A stretch of DNA of 63,749 bases, counting the filler, from Octopus bimaculoides (lineage: Eukaryota): NCBI RefSeq assembly GCF_001194135.2. It is 6 parts of 6 records of this genome, joined end to end, with 100 filler letters (N's around TTAATTAATTAA, not from the genome) between each part and the next. Parts side by side here need not be neighbours in the genome. Positions count along the whole stretch, not along the records: positions 46,874 to 52,300 come from NC_068994.1; positions 52,401 to 62,648 come from NC_068991.1; 4 more parts are not named here. One strand, 5' to 3'. The translations under genes were made by a program, and so were the position numbers. Below are positions 47,527-59,385 of the stretch, one piece after another. Each line of letters starts with the position of its first letter. Within the stretch, counting starts at the first letter, position 1. The notes below the pieces were generated by a model. That model saw only the letters and a program-made list of their open reading frames with translations, was not told where the DNA came from and did no database searches.

Positions 47527-48705
47527 TTCTGGTTTAGGAAGAAGCCTAGCAAAATTTAAGGGGAGGGGGGAAAAGTCGATCACATCGACTTCATTACTCA
47601 ACTAGTAATTTATTTCATCGGCTCTGAAAGAATAAAATGCAAAGTTAACCCTGTGTAATTCGAACTCATAATACTAAGAGCTGCAACAAATAGTGCAAAA
47701 CGTTTGTTTTCGAATGCTCTGACAATTCTGCCTGTTCCCTGCTTTACATCAAGAAAGAAGAAAAAAAATTATCATTACTTATTTTGGGACAACACCAACG
47801 ATGTTGAAGGGAAGAAGGCGTCAATTGCATCGTCTCATCGCTCAACGGGTCCCTATTTATCCAACTGGAAATCGTACAAAGCAAAGCCGATCTTGGCTGC
47901 AATTCAACTGAGAACGTAATGGCAGACGAATTACCGCTATTTTCTTTTCTTTCTGCTTCTTTTTTTAGATTCATTAAGCCAGTGACTAAGCCTGGTCTGT
48001 AAAGACGGACGGAACGCTGTTAATTATTCTGTCCGGCGTGCGTGCTAGCGATGTTGTCAGCTCACCGCCTTTATAATAATAATAATAATAATAATAATGA
48101 TGATCCTTTCTGCTATTGGCTCAAGCCTTGAAATCTTGGAGGAATTCGTTTATAGATTACATCGACTCCAGTGCTCAAACGCTTCTCATTTTATCGATCT
48201 CAAGGAATGAAAAAAAACAAAACTGATCCCTGCGGAATCTGAACTCACAACGTAAAACCTGATAAAATACCCCCGATCATATGGTTGAGAGTGCTAATAA
48301 AATGATCCTTTCTACTATAGATACAAAGCCTGAAATTTGGGGTTAGGGGATTAATCAAGTACATCGACTCCAGTAATTAACTGATACTTATTTTATAGAT
48401 ATCGGCTGGACGAAATACAAAATCAGCCTCCGTGGAATTTGACCTCAGAATAAAAAAGACGAACGAAATTCTGCTCGTACTAACGATTCTTGCAGCTCGC
48501 CACTTTGACTATAATTATAATAAAAGTTTCAAATTTTGGCATAGGATTATCAATTTTTGAAGAGAGCGGGAAATATATTATATTGGCACCAGGAACTTGA
48601 TTAGTATTTATTTTATCGACTCCGCGGCATGCGAATTCGCACATTAAAGTCAGGAGATATGGAGCTAAGCATTTTGTCCGGCGCGATAACCATTCAACCA
48701 GCTTG
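47527..48705 (-). mobile_element. cluster of about six co-oriented, diverged family A SINE units
   Basis: Repeated ATCGACT.CA.T.CTCAA / GAA..TGAAA / GGAAT.TGAACTCA.AAC motifs at about 47.58, 47.85, 48.16, 48.36 and 48.61 kb, plus head fragments at 48.05 and 48.69 kb. Confidence 0.75.
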
Positions 48706-48809
48706 TTGCAATAATCGCAATAATTTCTAGCTCACCTTTTCCATGCCAGTTTTGGCTCTCATGGGAATACTCGAAATGTTTTAAATCCGAAATATGTGTA
48801 TATAATATA

Positions 48810-48841
<32 letters not shown>

Positions 48842-49668
48842 AAGTTCCATTCTCAGGAATCCGACATAAGCAGAACTTGTATTGAAAACAACTTTAAAAG
48901 TACATTTTTCCAGCCTAAAATATGTTAACTAAAAATAGATTCTCTGCGGAGAACAAAGACTCAATGTGCTTCAGTATTGAGAAAGACATTACTGCTAACA
49001 ACAAAGAAATGATAAAATTTTTCAAAATTTTCAAGCAGATAGCCACCAGGATAACAACATTATGATATGTTAAAGTATGTCGTCTTCATTATCCTTGAGT
49101 ATGCATTTCATTGCAAATAAGATTTTCATTTGTATTTTCCTGTTCAGACCCAATATCTTTCTATTGCTACTTAAGTGCCGTGGACATCATATTTTATAGC
49201 CTACAGTATATTTCTATAAATCTTTAATTTACGGTTTTATACATACTTACACCCACTCGCACGCATTCTCTCTATTGCATATATGATGTATTAACTGCAG
49301 TTCATGGTAGCATATATATTGTTCCATATTTAAATGTATATACATCAAATCAAGATGGTGCAATTTATATGATGAGCCAATCAAGATATGTCATAGGTAT
49401 AAATGAATGATAATTATAATGAAAATCCAATATATCAATTTATTAATATCTTTTGAAAAGTATTTCATGAAATAACAAGTACAGATTATTTTATGGAAAT
49501 TTCAATATAGTTTCCAGTCATCTGTTTGTATCAGAATAATTCATTGAATGTAATCGGATCCATAATTATGTACTACAGTAGTAATTTAACATTTTCCTTC
49601 ATTCACGCCCACACATACATACATGCACACACACGCACACGCACGCGCACACACATCTATATATGTGA

Positions 49669-49934
49669 TGGCAAGTGGCTTAGTGGTTAGGATATGTGGG
49701 ATCACAGTCTTAAGGTCTCATTTTCGATGCCTGGTGGTGCGTTGCGTCCTTGCGCAAGGCTCTTTATTTCACGTTGTTCCAGTCCACCCAGCTGGAAAAC
49801 ATGAGTTGTATCTGTCCCATTCGGTGTCTAACTGAATCTCCCTGAGATCTGCATTAAAGGTAAACGTGTCTGTGGAATGCTCAGCCACTTCTTCGTTAAT
49901 TTCACCAGCAGGCAGATCCGTTGATCGGCGAGCC
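49669..49934 (+). mobile_element. tRNA-derived SINE, family F
   Basis: GTGGCTTAGTGGTTAGG (A-box-like)..TTTCGATGCC..TTTATTTCACGTTGTTCCAGTCCACCCAGCTGGAAAA..GTGTCTGTGGAATGCTCAGCCAC. Confidence 0.75.
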
Positions 49935-49962
49935 AATACATAAGTAAAATAAAATCGAACAT

Positions 49963-50070
49963 ATCGGCCCGAGGCTATATTAGAAGACACCTGTCGAAGG
50001 TGCCATGCAGTGGGACTGAACTCGGAACCATGTGGTTGGGAAGCGATTTTCTTATCACACAGTGACGTCT
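49963..50070 (-). mobile_element. family B SINE, head half
   Basis: TCGGCCCGAGGCTATATTAGAAGACAC..GGTGCCATGCAGTGGGACTGAACTCGGAACCATGTGGTTGG. Confidence 0.85.
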
Positions 50071-52695
50071 GGTATATATATATATATATATATGCAAAGA
50101 TATAAATACATTATGATAATATATATTATACATATATACATAAATTATATGGGTTTACTCACACAAACGTACAATTAAAATTTAGATAATTCATATATGG
50201 CTAATATATGTGTGCATGCGTATATTAGTACAGACGCCGTCCACAGTAATATGGATATAAGGGAGCGTGTAGTTTTAGATTTTACAAGAAGACATGCTGA
50301 TCACGACTGGGACATTTTTCATTATTAATCTTCTCGATCAGAATTGACGCAGAGTTCAACAACTGCAACTAACACAGCAGTCACTACCATCATTAGCAAC
50401 AACAACGACGACAACAACAATGCATCAACTATGACAAATGAGCCGGTGTTTACTACGTTTTCAAATTCCAAATCATATCAATCATCGAATTTGGGGTAGT
50501 GCTGCTGCTGTTATTGCTACTGCCGTTGCTGTGTTGCTGAGATATAGCTTTTGTTGTAACTAGCCCGGTGTAGTCGACCTAGTTGCAAATATATAGGCCC
50601 ATACATGTGCATTAACAGGTCTTTCTGAGATCTTTTGCTTAATTATGGAGATTTGTAGGAAATATTGGAATTTATTACCCATGAATCACCGCAAAACCGT
50701 TTCGATAACAAAAAGCAAATGCAGTCATTCAAAGTATGCATCTACATTATCAACACAATTTTGAAATTTTATCGGTAGCTTATTTATTCCGGCAGTGAAG
50801 AATTCTGCAGAGTAAGAGCTGATGGAATCACGAAAGGCTGTTTTTGCATCTTTTTCAGATTTCAGGTTTTTTCCTTGCAAAAGTTGTCAAATTTCCCTAT
50901 CCATTTTAGAACTTGATATTTCCGGTTAAAAATGTATTTTATTGACGTCATAAAAAGTTATAAACTTTTGAGAGAACGTGAAATAATTCCTCTTTAGAAG
51001 AGCGGATCTCGAAGTGCATAAAGCACTACATTGATATGTAGGTATTGTGTTGAAAAATCGTTAGGAGTTTTGGGAAATCTTCTAAGCTTATAAATATGTG
51101 GTATATTCCACATTGTATAAATGTACTTATTTAAATTTTTATTCATAAAGATAAAAATCCTCAACATTTTGCTTTAAATTATGTTAAAGAATATCGATTA
51201 TTTCATCGATGTCTTTCCATACTTAAGTTTGGTTAACCTGGAATAGCCGAAGCTGTTTCATTGTATTCAAAATTCTGATTATGTCTCCGGATGTCATTCC
51301 GTAGTTAAATTTGTTGTAAATATAATACCCGTTCATAAGCTTTCGATTTCGCCTCATAATTAAAAGTGTTTTGAAAAGCTTAACACGTATGGTTACAAGT
51401 AAAATACTATGACAGATAACAATGATTTCTATGGCAGACACAAGATCACAAAGTTTAATGTGAAAGAAGATTTAGACGATTAAATCGCCTCAGTTCTACT
51501 CGACGCTTATCTCTAATATTGACCTACACTCCTCAGATAGAACGAAATACGAAATAGATATCGTTTAATATTTGAACTCAGAACGTTAATGGACGTAACT
51601 AAGCAACACCTCAAGGCATTGCTAATCAACATTATAACTGTCTCTGTCTTCTACCACCATTAGAATCCGATAAAATAATAATGACAAATAACAACAACAA
51701 AAAAATCTTATTTCGAATTAAATAATTTTAAAAAACAATATCCATAACAAAAAAAAAAAAACAATATTAAAATCAAGAAAATTATAGAACAATATATAAT
51801 GTAATATTGAAACAGAAAACGTCAGAAACGAAATAAAATCAGATATACGATAAAAAATGTCCAATTGTTCAATGGCGCCTAGCGAATAATTTTCAGATGG
51901 AAAATATTCGAGATTCACATCTTTACAACAAGAGATTTTATTCTCATTTCAGTCAATTATTTAGCCCGATGGGAAAGATTTTATTGTTAGAGGTTTGGAT
52001 TTAAATGTAAAATTCAAGGAAAATACGAAAAATATATGAATAAATAAATACGTAAATAAATATATACAAAAATATTTCGCAGAGTTCTTTCAGTGTAAAT
52101 AGTACTTTACTGTATGCTTCTGATGCTTTAGCTTCTGGCTATAAACGTTTTGTCATCGTTACTGCAGTAAAGCATGCTGTTATTGAACACTGAGAAGAAT
52201 AATGTATGATGTTAATAATCCAGTAACGTCAGACTAGCACGCACACGCAGGCACGCTTGTATTCACACGCGCGCACAGAAGCATATATTGAATATATATA
52301 NNNNNNNNNNNNNNNNNNNNNNNNNNNNNNNNNNNNNNNNNNNNTTAATTAATTAANNNNNNNNNNNNNNNNNNNNNNNNNNNNNNNNNNNNNNNNNNNN
52401 TATATATATATATATATATATATCATAACCGTCCTCTCTCCTGATTTTCCAGTTTCTCTGCTAAATCTATGTATTCCTTTCTATGACTTCCTTTCTATAA
52501 CAATGTCATAAATTATTTGTCCATCTTTTATTCTATTGTACTTTCATTACATCGACCGATGCGTCGTTACCTTTATCTAACAAGGATTTGCACGGATGCC
52601 GGATCTCCTTCGATGTTGGATTCTAAGCACTAACTCCGGTTTGAACACTTATTGTCTGTATCTATTATACACTATATTTTAATGTCTTTCGTATA

Positions 52696-52773
<78 letters not shown>

Positions 52774-52803
52774 CATTATTAATATTGTTATTGTTATTGT
52801 TAA

Positions 52804-53215
52804 GGCGGTGAGGTGGACGAAAATGCTTAGCGGTATTTTGCCCGCCGCTACGTTCAGAGTTCAACTTACGCTGAGGTCGACTTTGACTTTTATCCTTTCG
52901 AGGCCGATAAAATAAGTAGCAGATGAATTTATTTAATAGGTACCAGTTGTAATCGACTCATCCCCACCTTCACCAAGCTGCCCTTGTGGTAAAAATTTGA
53001 AATCATTCTTATTATCATCATCATCATCATCATTATTTAAGGTGGCAACCTAACAGAAATGCTGAGCGGTATTTCGCCCGTCGCTACGTTCTAGGTTCAA
53101 ATTATCCGAGGTCGACTTTGCCGTTCTTTCTTTAAGTACCAGTGAAACACTGGAGTCGATGTAATCGACTAGTCCGCCCCACACGAATTTCAGATCCTGT
53201 CCCTTTAGGAAAAAA
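52804..53215 (+). mobile_element. two tandem family A SINEs (52804-53003, 53041-53215)
   Basis: Both carry GAAATGCT.AGCGGTATT..CGCTACGTTC..GAGGTCGACTTTG. Confidence 0.85.
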
Positions 53216-53243
53216 ATTATTCTTGTTTTTGTTATTAAGCAAG

Positions 53244-53340
53244 AATATTATTGACAATCACTTCGAATTTTCGGCCAGTTCTGTCATCGTACGACGATCG
53301 TTTAACTTGTGGAAACCTCGAAGTTACTGTCAATAATATT
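53244..53340. repeat. 97-bp imperfect fold-back (23-bp outer arms)
   Basis: AATATTATTGACAATCACTTCGA (53244-53266) against TCGAAGTTACTGTCAATAATATT (53318-53340), 2 mismatches; further inner pairing is possible. Confidence 0.9.
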
Positions 53341-53444
53341 TCCGTTTAAGAATATATTTGTACTCTACAAAACTATAGTGTATCCCTTTGCGTTAATGTC
53401 AGTTTGTTTTTATCATAACAGCATAAAATTAAATAATATATATA

Positions 53445-53669
53445 TTTATCGCCCACAAAGGGCTAACCATAGAGGGGACAAACAAGGACAGACAAACGGA
53501 TTAAGTCGATTACATCAACCCTAGTGCGTAACTGTTACTTAATTTATCGACGCCGAAAAGATGAAAGGCAAAGTCGACCTCGGCAGAATTTGAACTCAGA
53601 ACGTAGCGGCAGACGAAATACCGCTAAGCATTTAGCTCGGCGTGCTAAAGTTTTTGCTAGCTCAACGCC
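53445..53669 (-). mobile_element. family A SINE (tail type 2), full length
   Basis: GCCCACAAAGGGCTAA..GGGGACAAACAAGGACAGACAAACGG..GATGAAAGGCAAAGTCGACCTCGGCAGAATTTGAACTCAG. Confidence 0.9.
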
Positions 53670-53803
53670 TTATTAAAACAATGGCTAAAATTCTGCTATC
53701 TAGCCACCCTCAATAATATATATATATTGATATATCTACATATATACATATACATATACATATATATATACATATAGATATATATACATACATACATACA
53801 TAC

Positions 53804-53835
<32 letters not shown>

Positions 53836-54821
53836 NNNNNNNNNNNNNNNNNNNNNNNNNNNNNNNNNNNNNNNNNNNNNNNNNNNNNNNNNNNNNNNNN
53901 NNNNNNNNNNNNNNNNNNNNNNNNNNNNNNNNNNNNNNNNNNNNNNNNNNNNNNNNNNNNNNNNNNNNNNNNNNNNNNNNNNNNNNNNNNNNNNNNNNNN
54001 NNNNNNNNNNNNNNNNNNNNNNNNNNNNNNNNNNNNNNNNNNNNNNNNNNNNNNNNNNNNNNNNNNNNNNNNNNNNNNNNNNNNNNNNNNNNNNNNNNNN
54101 NNNNNNNNNNNNNNNNNNNNNNNNNNNNNNNNNNNNNNNNNNNNNNNNNNNNNNNNNNNNNNNNNNNNNNNNNNNNNNNNNNNNNNNNNNNNNNNNNNNN
54201 NNNNNNNNNNNNNNNNNNNNNNNNNNNNNNNNNNNNNNNNNNNNNNNNNNNNNNNNNNNNNNNNNNNNNNNNNNNNNNNNNNNNNNNNNNNNNNNNNNNN
54301 NNNNNNNNNNNNNNNNNNNNNNNNNNNNNNNNNNNNNNNNNNNNNNNNNNNNNNNNNNNNNNNNNNNNNNNNNNNNNNNNNNNNNNNNNNNNNNNNNNNN
54401 NNNNNNNNNNNNNNNNNNNNNNNNNNNNNNNNNNNNNNNNNNNNNNNNNNNNNNNNNNNNNNNNNNNNNNNNNNNNNNNNNNNNNNNNNNNNNNNNNNNN
54501 NNNNNNNNNNNNNNNNNNNNNNNNNNNNNNNNNNNNNNNNNNNNNNNNNNNNNNNNNNNNNNNNNNNNNNNNNNNNNNNNNNNNNNNNNNNNNNNNNNNN
54601 NNNNNNNNNNNNNNNNNNNNNNNNNNNNNNNNNNNNNNNNNNNNNNNNNNNNNNNNNNNNNNNNNNNNNNNNNNNNNNNNNNNNNNNNNNNNNNNNNNNN
54701 NNNNNNNNNNNNNNNNNNNNNNNNNNNNNNNNNNNNNNNNNNNNNNNNNNNNNNNNNNNNNNNNNNNNNNNNNNNNNNNNNNNNNNNNNNNNNNNNNNNN
54801 NNNNNNNNNNNNNNNNNNNNN

Positions 54822-54982
54822 CGAGGGGCTTTTTTCAATTTCCGTCTGCCAAATAAACTTACAATCTCCGATCAGCACGAGACTATAGTAGAAGACACAT
54901 GCTGAAGTTGACACGCAGTGGAACTGAACATGGAACCATGTGGTTCGGAAACAAGCTTCTTACCACAGTGCCACCCCTGCGC
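54822..54982 (-). mobile_element. family B SINE, head half emerging from a gap
   Basis: TTTCCGTCTGCCAAAT..CTATAGTAGAAGACAC..GCAGTGGAACTGAAC..GGAACCATGTGGTT..CCCCTGCGC. Confidence 0.85.
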
Positions 54983-55669
54983 ATATATATATACTACTAA
55001 CTTGTTCACAGTTCCTGTTTACTAAATTCTATTGATAAAATATTGACCAAAGTTAGTTTTATAGAAAACTCTTGCTTAGGGTTGAGATGTCTACAAATGC
55101 GATTAATGTTAAGAAAAAAAAAAACATTTTCCCTGCGGGTACAGACAAACTCATCTACTGCACATTAAGTATTATTAATTATTATTAATTGTTTAATTAT
55201 AAATTTGAACATATAAATATTTATATTTCGTTTTAGTGTTTATTTGTTTGCAAAATTCGTGATGAAACATAATGTGTTTTATGTTGGGAGGGTCATTACG
55301 CCAATAATAAACACACACACTGTTTCTATTTCACTTCTTTATTATATTTATCAATTGGTTAACAATTCAACCGATTAACTAATCGATTGTGTGATTAACC
55401 GTTCGGTCAGTTACTCTATTCCATATATCAAATTACTTTCGTCACTATTCGCGACTAAATCAATGGCATGCTCTCTCTAGAACCAGCGCGTGTTTTTGTT
55501 ATTGACATGGTGACCCTCCCGAGATATATCTAAATAATTATAAATTTAGTTACATATACCACAGAGGTAATCTGTAAATAACATTCATAACATTTAGACG
55601 TCTAATAATTATGATTTCGTCGTCTAAGTAAAAAATGTCATTATAATTTATTAATTACTAAAAAAACAA

Positions 55670-55871
55670 GCAAGGTTATGGGGTAAAGAAGCTCGCTTTT
55701 CATCACACGATTTCAAGTTTAGTCTCTCTACGCAACATCTTGGGCAAGTGTCTCCTAATGTAGCCATGGTATGACCAATGACGTGCGGGAATTTAGCCGC
55801 CAGAAACTGTGAGGAAGCCGGCGACGTATACATATATATATATATACATACATAATACTTACATACATACG

Positions 55872-55903
<32 letters not shown>

Positions 55904-56295
55904 ATGATAGCATGAAATTGTAACAGTAATACTAACTTCTTAACCATGATTAGCATAAACGAAACCGGTCGACTATGTAAATATTTCATTTCATATATAT
56001 ATNNNNNNNNNNNNNNNNNNNNNNNNNNNNNNNNNNNNNNNNNNNNNNNNNNNNNNNNNNNNNNNNNNNNNNNNNNNNNNNNNNNNNNNNNNNNNNNNNN
56101 NNNNNNNNNNNNNNNNNNNNNNNNNNNNNNNNNNNNNNNNNNNNNNNNNNNNNNNNNNNNNNNNNNNNNNNNNNNNNNNNNNNNNNNNNNNNNNNNNNNN
56201 NNNNNNNNNNNNNNNNNNNNNNNNNNNNNNNNNNNNNNNNNNNNNNNNNNNNNNNNNNNNNNNNNNNNNNNNNNNNNNNNNNNNNNNNNNNNNNN

Positions 56296-56329
<34 letters not shown>

Positions 56330-56465
56330 CCAACATAACATTTCTTTTGTTCGACAAATGGAGTCTACTTAATAATGATAAGAACAGAGGTCGCTTTTGT
56401 TCGACTAAACCTTCGAAGGTGATGTGCCAGCACGGCCGCAGGTCAATTCTTGAAACAAGTAAATC
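55670..56465 (+). mobile_element. family B SINE spanning an expanded internal (TA)n tract and a gap
   Basis: Head half (CTTGGGCAAGTGTCTCC..GAAACTGTGAGGAAGCCGGCGACGTATA) on the left; 3' half (TTCGACTAAA..CCAGCACGGCCGCAG..TGAAACAAGTAAA) on the right of the gap. Confidence 0.7.
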
Positions 56466-56830
56466 CTCAGAGATAATTACTCTTGCATTATTCACCAAAA
56501 CGTTGATCTACAAATGACTTCTCAGACAAGATGAATATGATGTATATACGGGATGGGGACGAAAATCCTGTTAAACAACCTGGAGAATTTCAGAGCCGTA
56601 CAATGGCTTGTAGGTGCAATGGCAGCGACATGCAGTGGAAATTAACAATTTCCTGAAAATGCATTCATTAAATATATGTAATGTAAGGAATTCTCTTTCA
56701 CTGGTTTTTTTCACAACATTATTCTGCAATGCTCACATACACACACGCGCACACACACACACACACACACGTGTGTGTGTATTTAATATGCATGTGTGTG
56801 CGTTTATGTATATACATAAATATATTTTTA

Positions 56831-56885
<55 letters not shown>

Positions 56886-57569
56886 CATATATGTATATAT
56901 CATAGCAATGATTATAAGGATTATTGTTATATATATATATATAATATGTATATTATATAATATATATAATAATAGATACATATATAATATATAATATATA
57001 TATATATATTATATATANNNNNNNNNNNNNNNNNNNNNNNNNNNNNNNNNNNNNNNNNNNNNNNNNNNNNNNNNNNNNNNNNNNNNNNNNNNNNNNNNNN
57101 NNNNNNNNNNNNNNNNNNNNNNNNNNNNNNNNNNNNNNNNNNNNNNNNNNNNNNNNNNNNNNNNNNNNNNNNNNNNNNNNNNNNNNNNNNNNNNNNNNNN
57201 NNNNNNNNNNNNNNNNNNNNNNNNNNNNNNNNNNNNNNNNNNNNNNNNNNNNNNNNNNNNNNNNNNNNNNNNNNNNNNNNNNNNNNNNNNNNNNNNNNNN
57301 NNNNNNNNNNNNNNNNNNNNNNNNNNNNNNNNNNNNNNNNNNNNNNNNNNNNNNNNNNNNNNNNNNNNNNNNNNNNNNNNNNNNNNNNNNNNNNNNNNNN
57401 NNNNNNNNNNNNNNNNNNNNNNNNNNNNNNNNNNNNNNNNNNNNNNNNNNNNNNNNNNNNNNNNNNNNNNNNNNNNNNNNNNNNNNNNNNNNNNNNNNNN
57501 NNNNNNNNNNNNNNNNNNNNNNNNNNNNNNNNNNNNNNATATATATATATATATATATACACACATATG

Positions 57570-57720
57570 CAGTAATCTCTCGACTATCGCGTGTGTTACG
57601 TTCCGAAACCCCCCGCGATGGGTGAAAATCCGCGAAGTAGAAACACTACTGTACTGTATATTGTATTATTATTTTTATTATTATTCGTATATATTTATTT
57701 TATTATAAATGCAAAACAAA
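57570..57720 (+). mobile_element. Tigger/pogo-like DNA transposon, single terminus
   Basis: CAGTAATCTCTCGACTATCGCG.GTGTTACGTTCC.AAACCCCCCGCGAT.GGTGAAAATCCGCGAAGTAG resembles Tigger-type TIRs; no second TIR found. Confidence 0.5.
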
Positions 57721-57724
57721 ACCG

Positions 57725-57910
57725 CAGAAGAATCGTCGTAAGCTTAAATAGTAAACCGCGATATGTTCCGAGTTGAAATTCCGCCGGGGTCGACTTTTGC
57801 TTTTTCATCCTTTCGGGGTCGATAAAATAAATCTCTGTTGAGCCATGGGTTCGATGTAATCGACGTAGCTCCTACCACGAAATTGCTGGCCTTACGCCAA
57901 AATTTGAAGC
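57725..57910 (+). mobile_element. family A SINE
   Basis: GAGTTGAAATTCCGCCGGGGTCGACTTTTGCTTTTTCATCCTTTCGGGGTCGATAAAATAA..GCCAAAATTTGAA. Confidence 0.85.
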
Positions 57911-57959
57911 CAATATATCTATGTGTATTCTTATATCTATATGTGTATATCTGTATCTA

Positions 57960-57982
57960 CTACCTGCCTGCCTGCCTGTCTG

Positions 57983-58065
<83 letters not shown>

Positions 58066-58068
58066 GTT

Positions 58069-58102
<34 letters not shown>

Positions 58103-58107
58103 TCTAC

Positions 58108-58152
<45 letters not shown>
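57960..58152. repeat. compound (CCTG)n(TCTG)n(ATCT)n microsatellite; another (ATCT)n lies at 40358-40415
   Basis: Directly visible; it is the source of the SIYL-repeat ORFs. Confidence 0.97.
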
Positions 58153-58158
<6 letters not shown>

Positions 58159-59232
58159 CCTTTCTTTCTATGTATGGATGTATCTATCTATCTGTCTTTC
58201 AATATAAGTGTGTGTGAGTGTATACGTATGTATACATTATATTCTATATGTATACTGGTGCACACGCACACATACATGTGTATATAATGCTTAAGATTCT
58301 AGAAACCTCATGAATGATGTATCCCAGAGCATCCGTGAGAGGTATATTTGAACAACTGTATATATAACGTATTGATATGTATATAAAGTATAAATTGCAT
58401 GCTTTATTAATGCATATNNNNNNNNNNNNNNNNNNNNNNNNNNNNNNNNNNNNNNNNNNNNNNNNNNNNNNNNNNNNNNNNNNNNNNNNNNNNNNNNNNN
58501 NNNNNNNNNNNNNNNNNNNNNNNNNNNNNNNNNNNNNNNNNNNNNNNNNNNNNNNNNNNNNNNNNNNNNNNNNNNNNNNNNNNNNNNNNNNNNNNNNNNN
58601 NNNNNNNNNNNNNNNNNNNNNNNNNNNNNNNNNNNNNNNNNNNNNNNNNNNNNNNNNNNNNNNNNNNNNNNNNNNNNNNNNNNNNNNNNNNNNNNNNNNN
58701 NNNNNNNNNNNNNNNNNNNNNNNNNNNNNNNNNNNNNNNNNNNNNNNNNNNNNNNNNNNNNNNNNNNNNNNNNNNNNNNNNNNNNNNNNNNNNNNNNNNN
58801 NNNNNNNNNNNNNNNNNNNNNNNNNNNNNNNNNNNNNNNNNNNNNNNNNNNNNNNNNNNNNNNNNNNNNNNNNNNNNNNNNNNNNNNNNNNNNNNNNNNN
58901 NNNNNNNNNNNNNNNNNNNNNNNNNNNNNNNNNNNNNNNNNNNNNNNNNNNNNNNNNNNNNNNNNNNNNNNNNNNNNNNNNNNNNNNNNNNNNNNNNNNN
59001 NNNNNNNNNNNNNGAGAGAGAGAGAGAGAGAGAGAGGTTATGAGAGGTAATGGTCTCAATAAGACCCAAAGGTGTCAGGTAATAGTGAGTATGGATAAAC
59101 CGTTAAGCTCCAGGTTCGGTGATTATGCGAATGAGAGCCTTGGATTTTTATCTCATTCTGAAAATCTATATATACATATATATATATATATAAATATAAA
59201 TATATATATACATATATACCTACACGAGGTAC

Positions 59233-59385
59233 CACACAGTTTCTCCCTACCAACTTTACTTACAAGTCATTGCTTGTCCCAGTGCTATGGAAGAAGTTAC
59301 TTGCCCAAGGTGCTACGTTGTGGAACTGAACCCCAACCTTCGTGGCAACAAAGCTAGCTTTTTAAACTCACGGTCATGCCTGCGC
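59233..59385 (-). mobile_element. family B SINE, head half
   Basis: ACTTGCCCAAGGTGCTACG..GTGGAACTGAACCCC..CATGCCTGCGC. Confidence 0.8.

Noticed and set aside
50550-51080. Possible Helitron-like non-autonomous element
   Set aside because: I could not identify a 3' hairpin with CTRR or any TIRs, and there is no second copy in the window.
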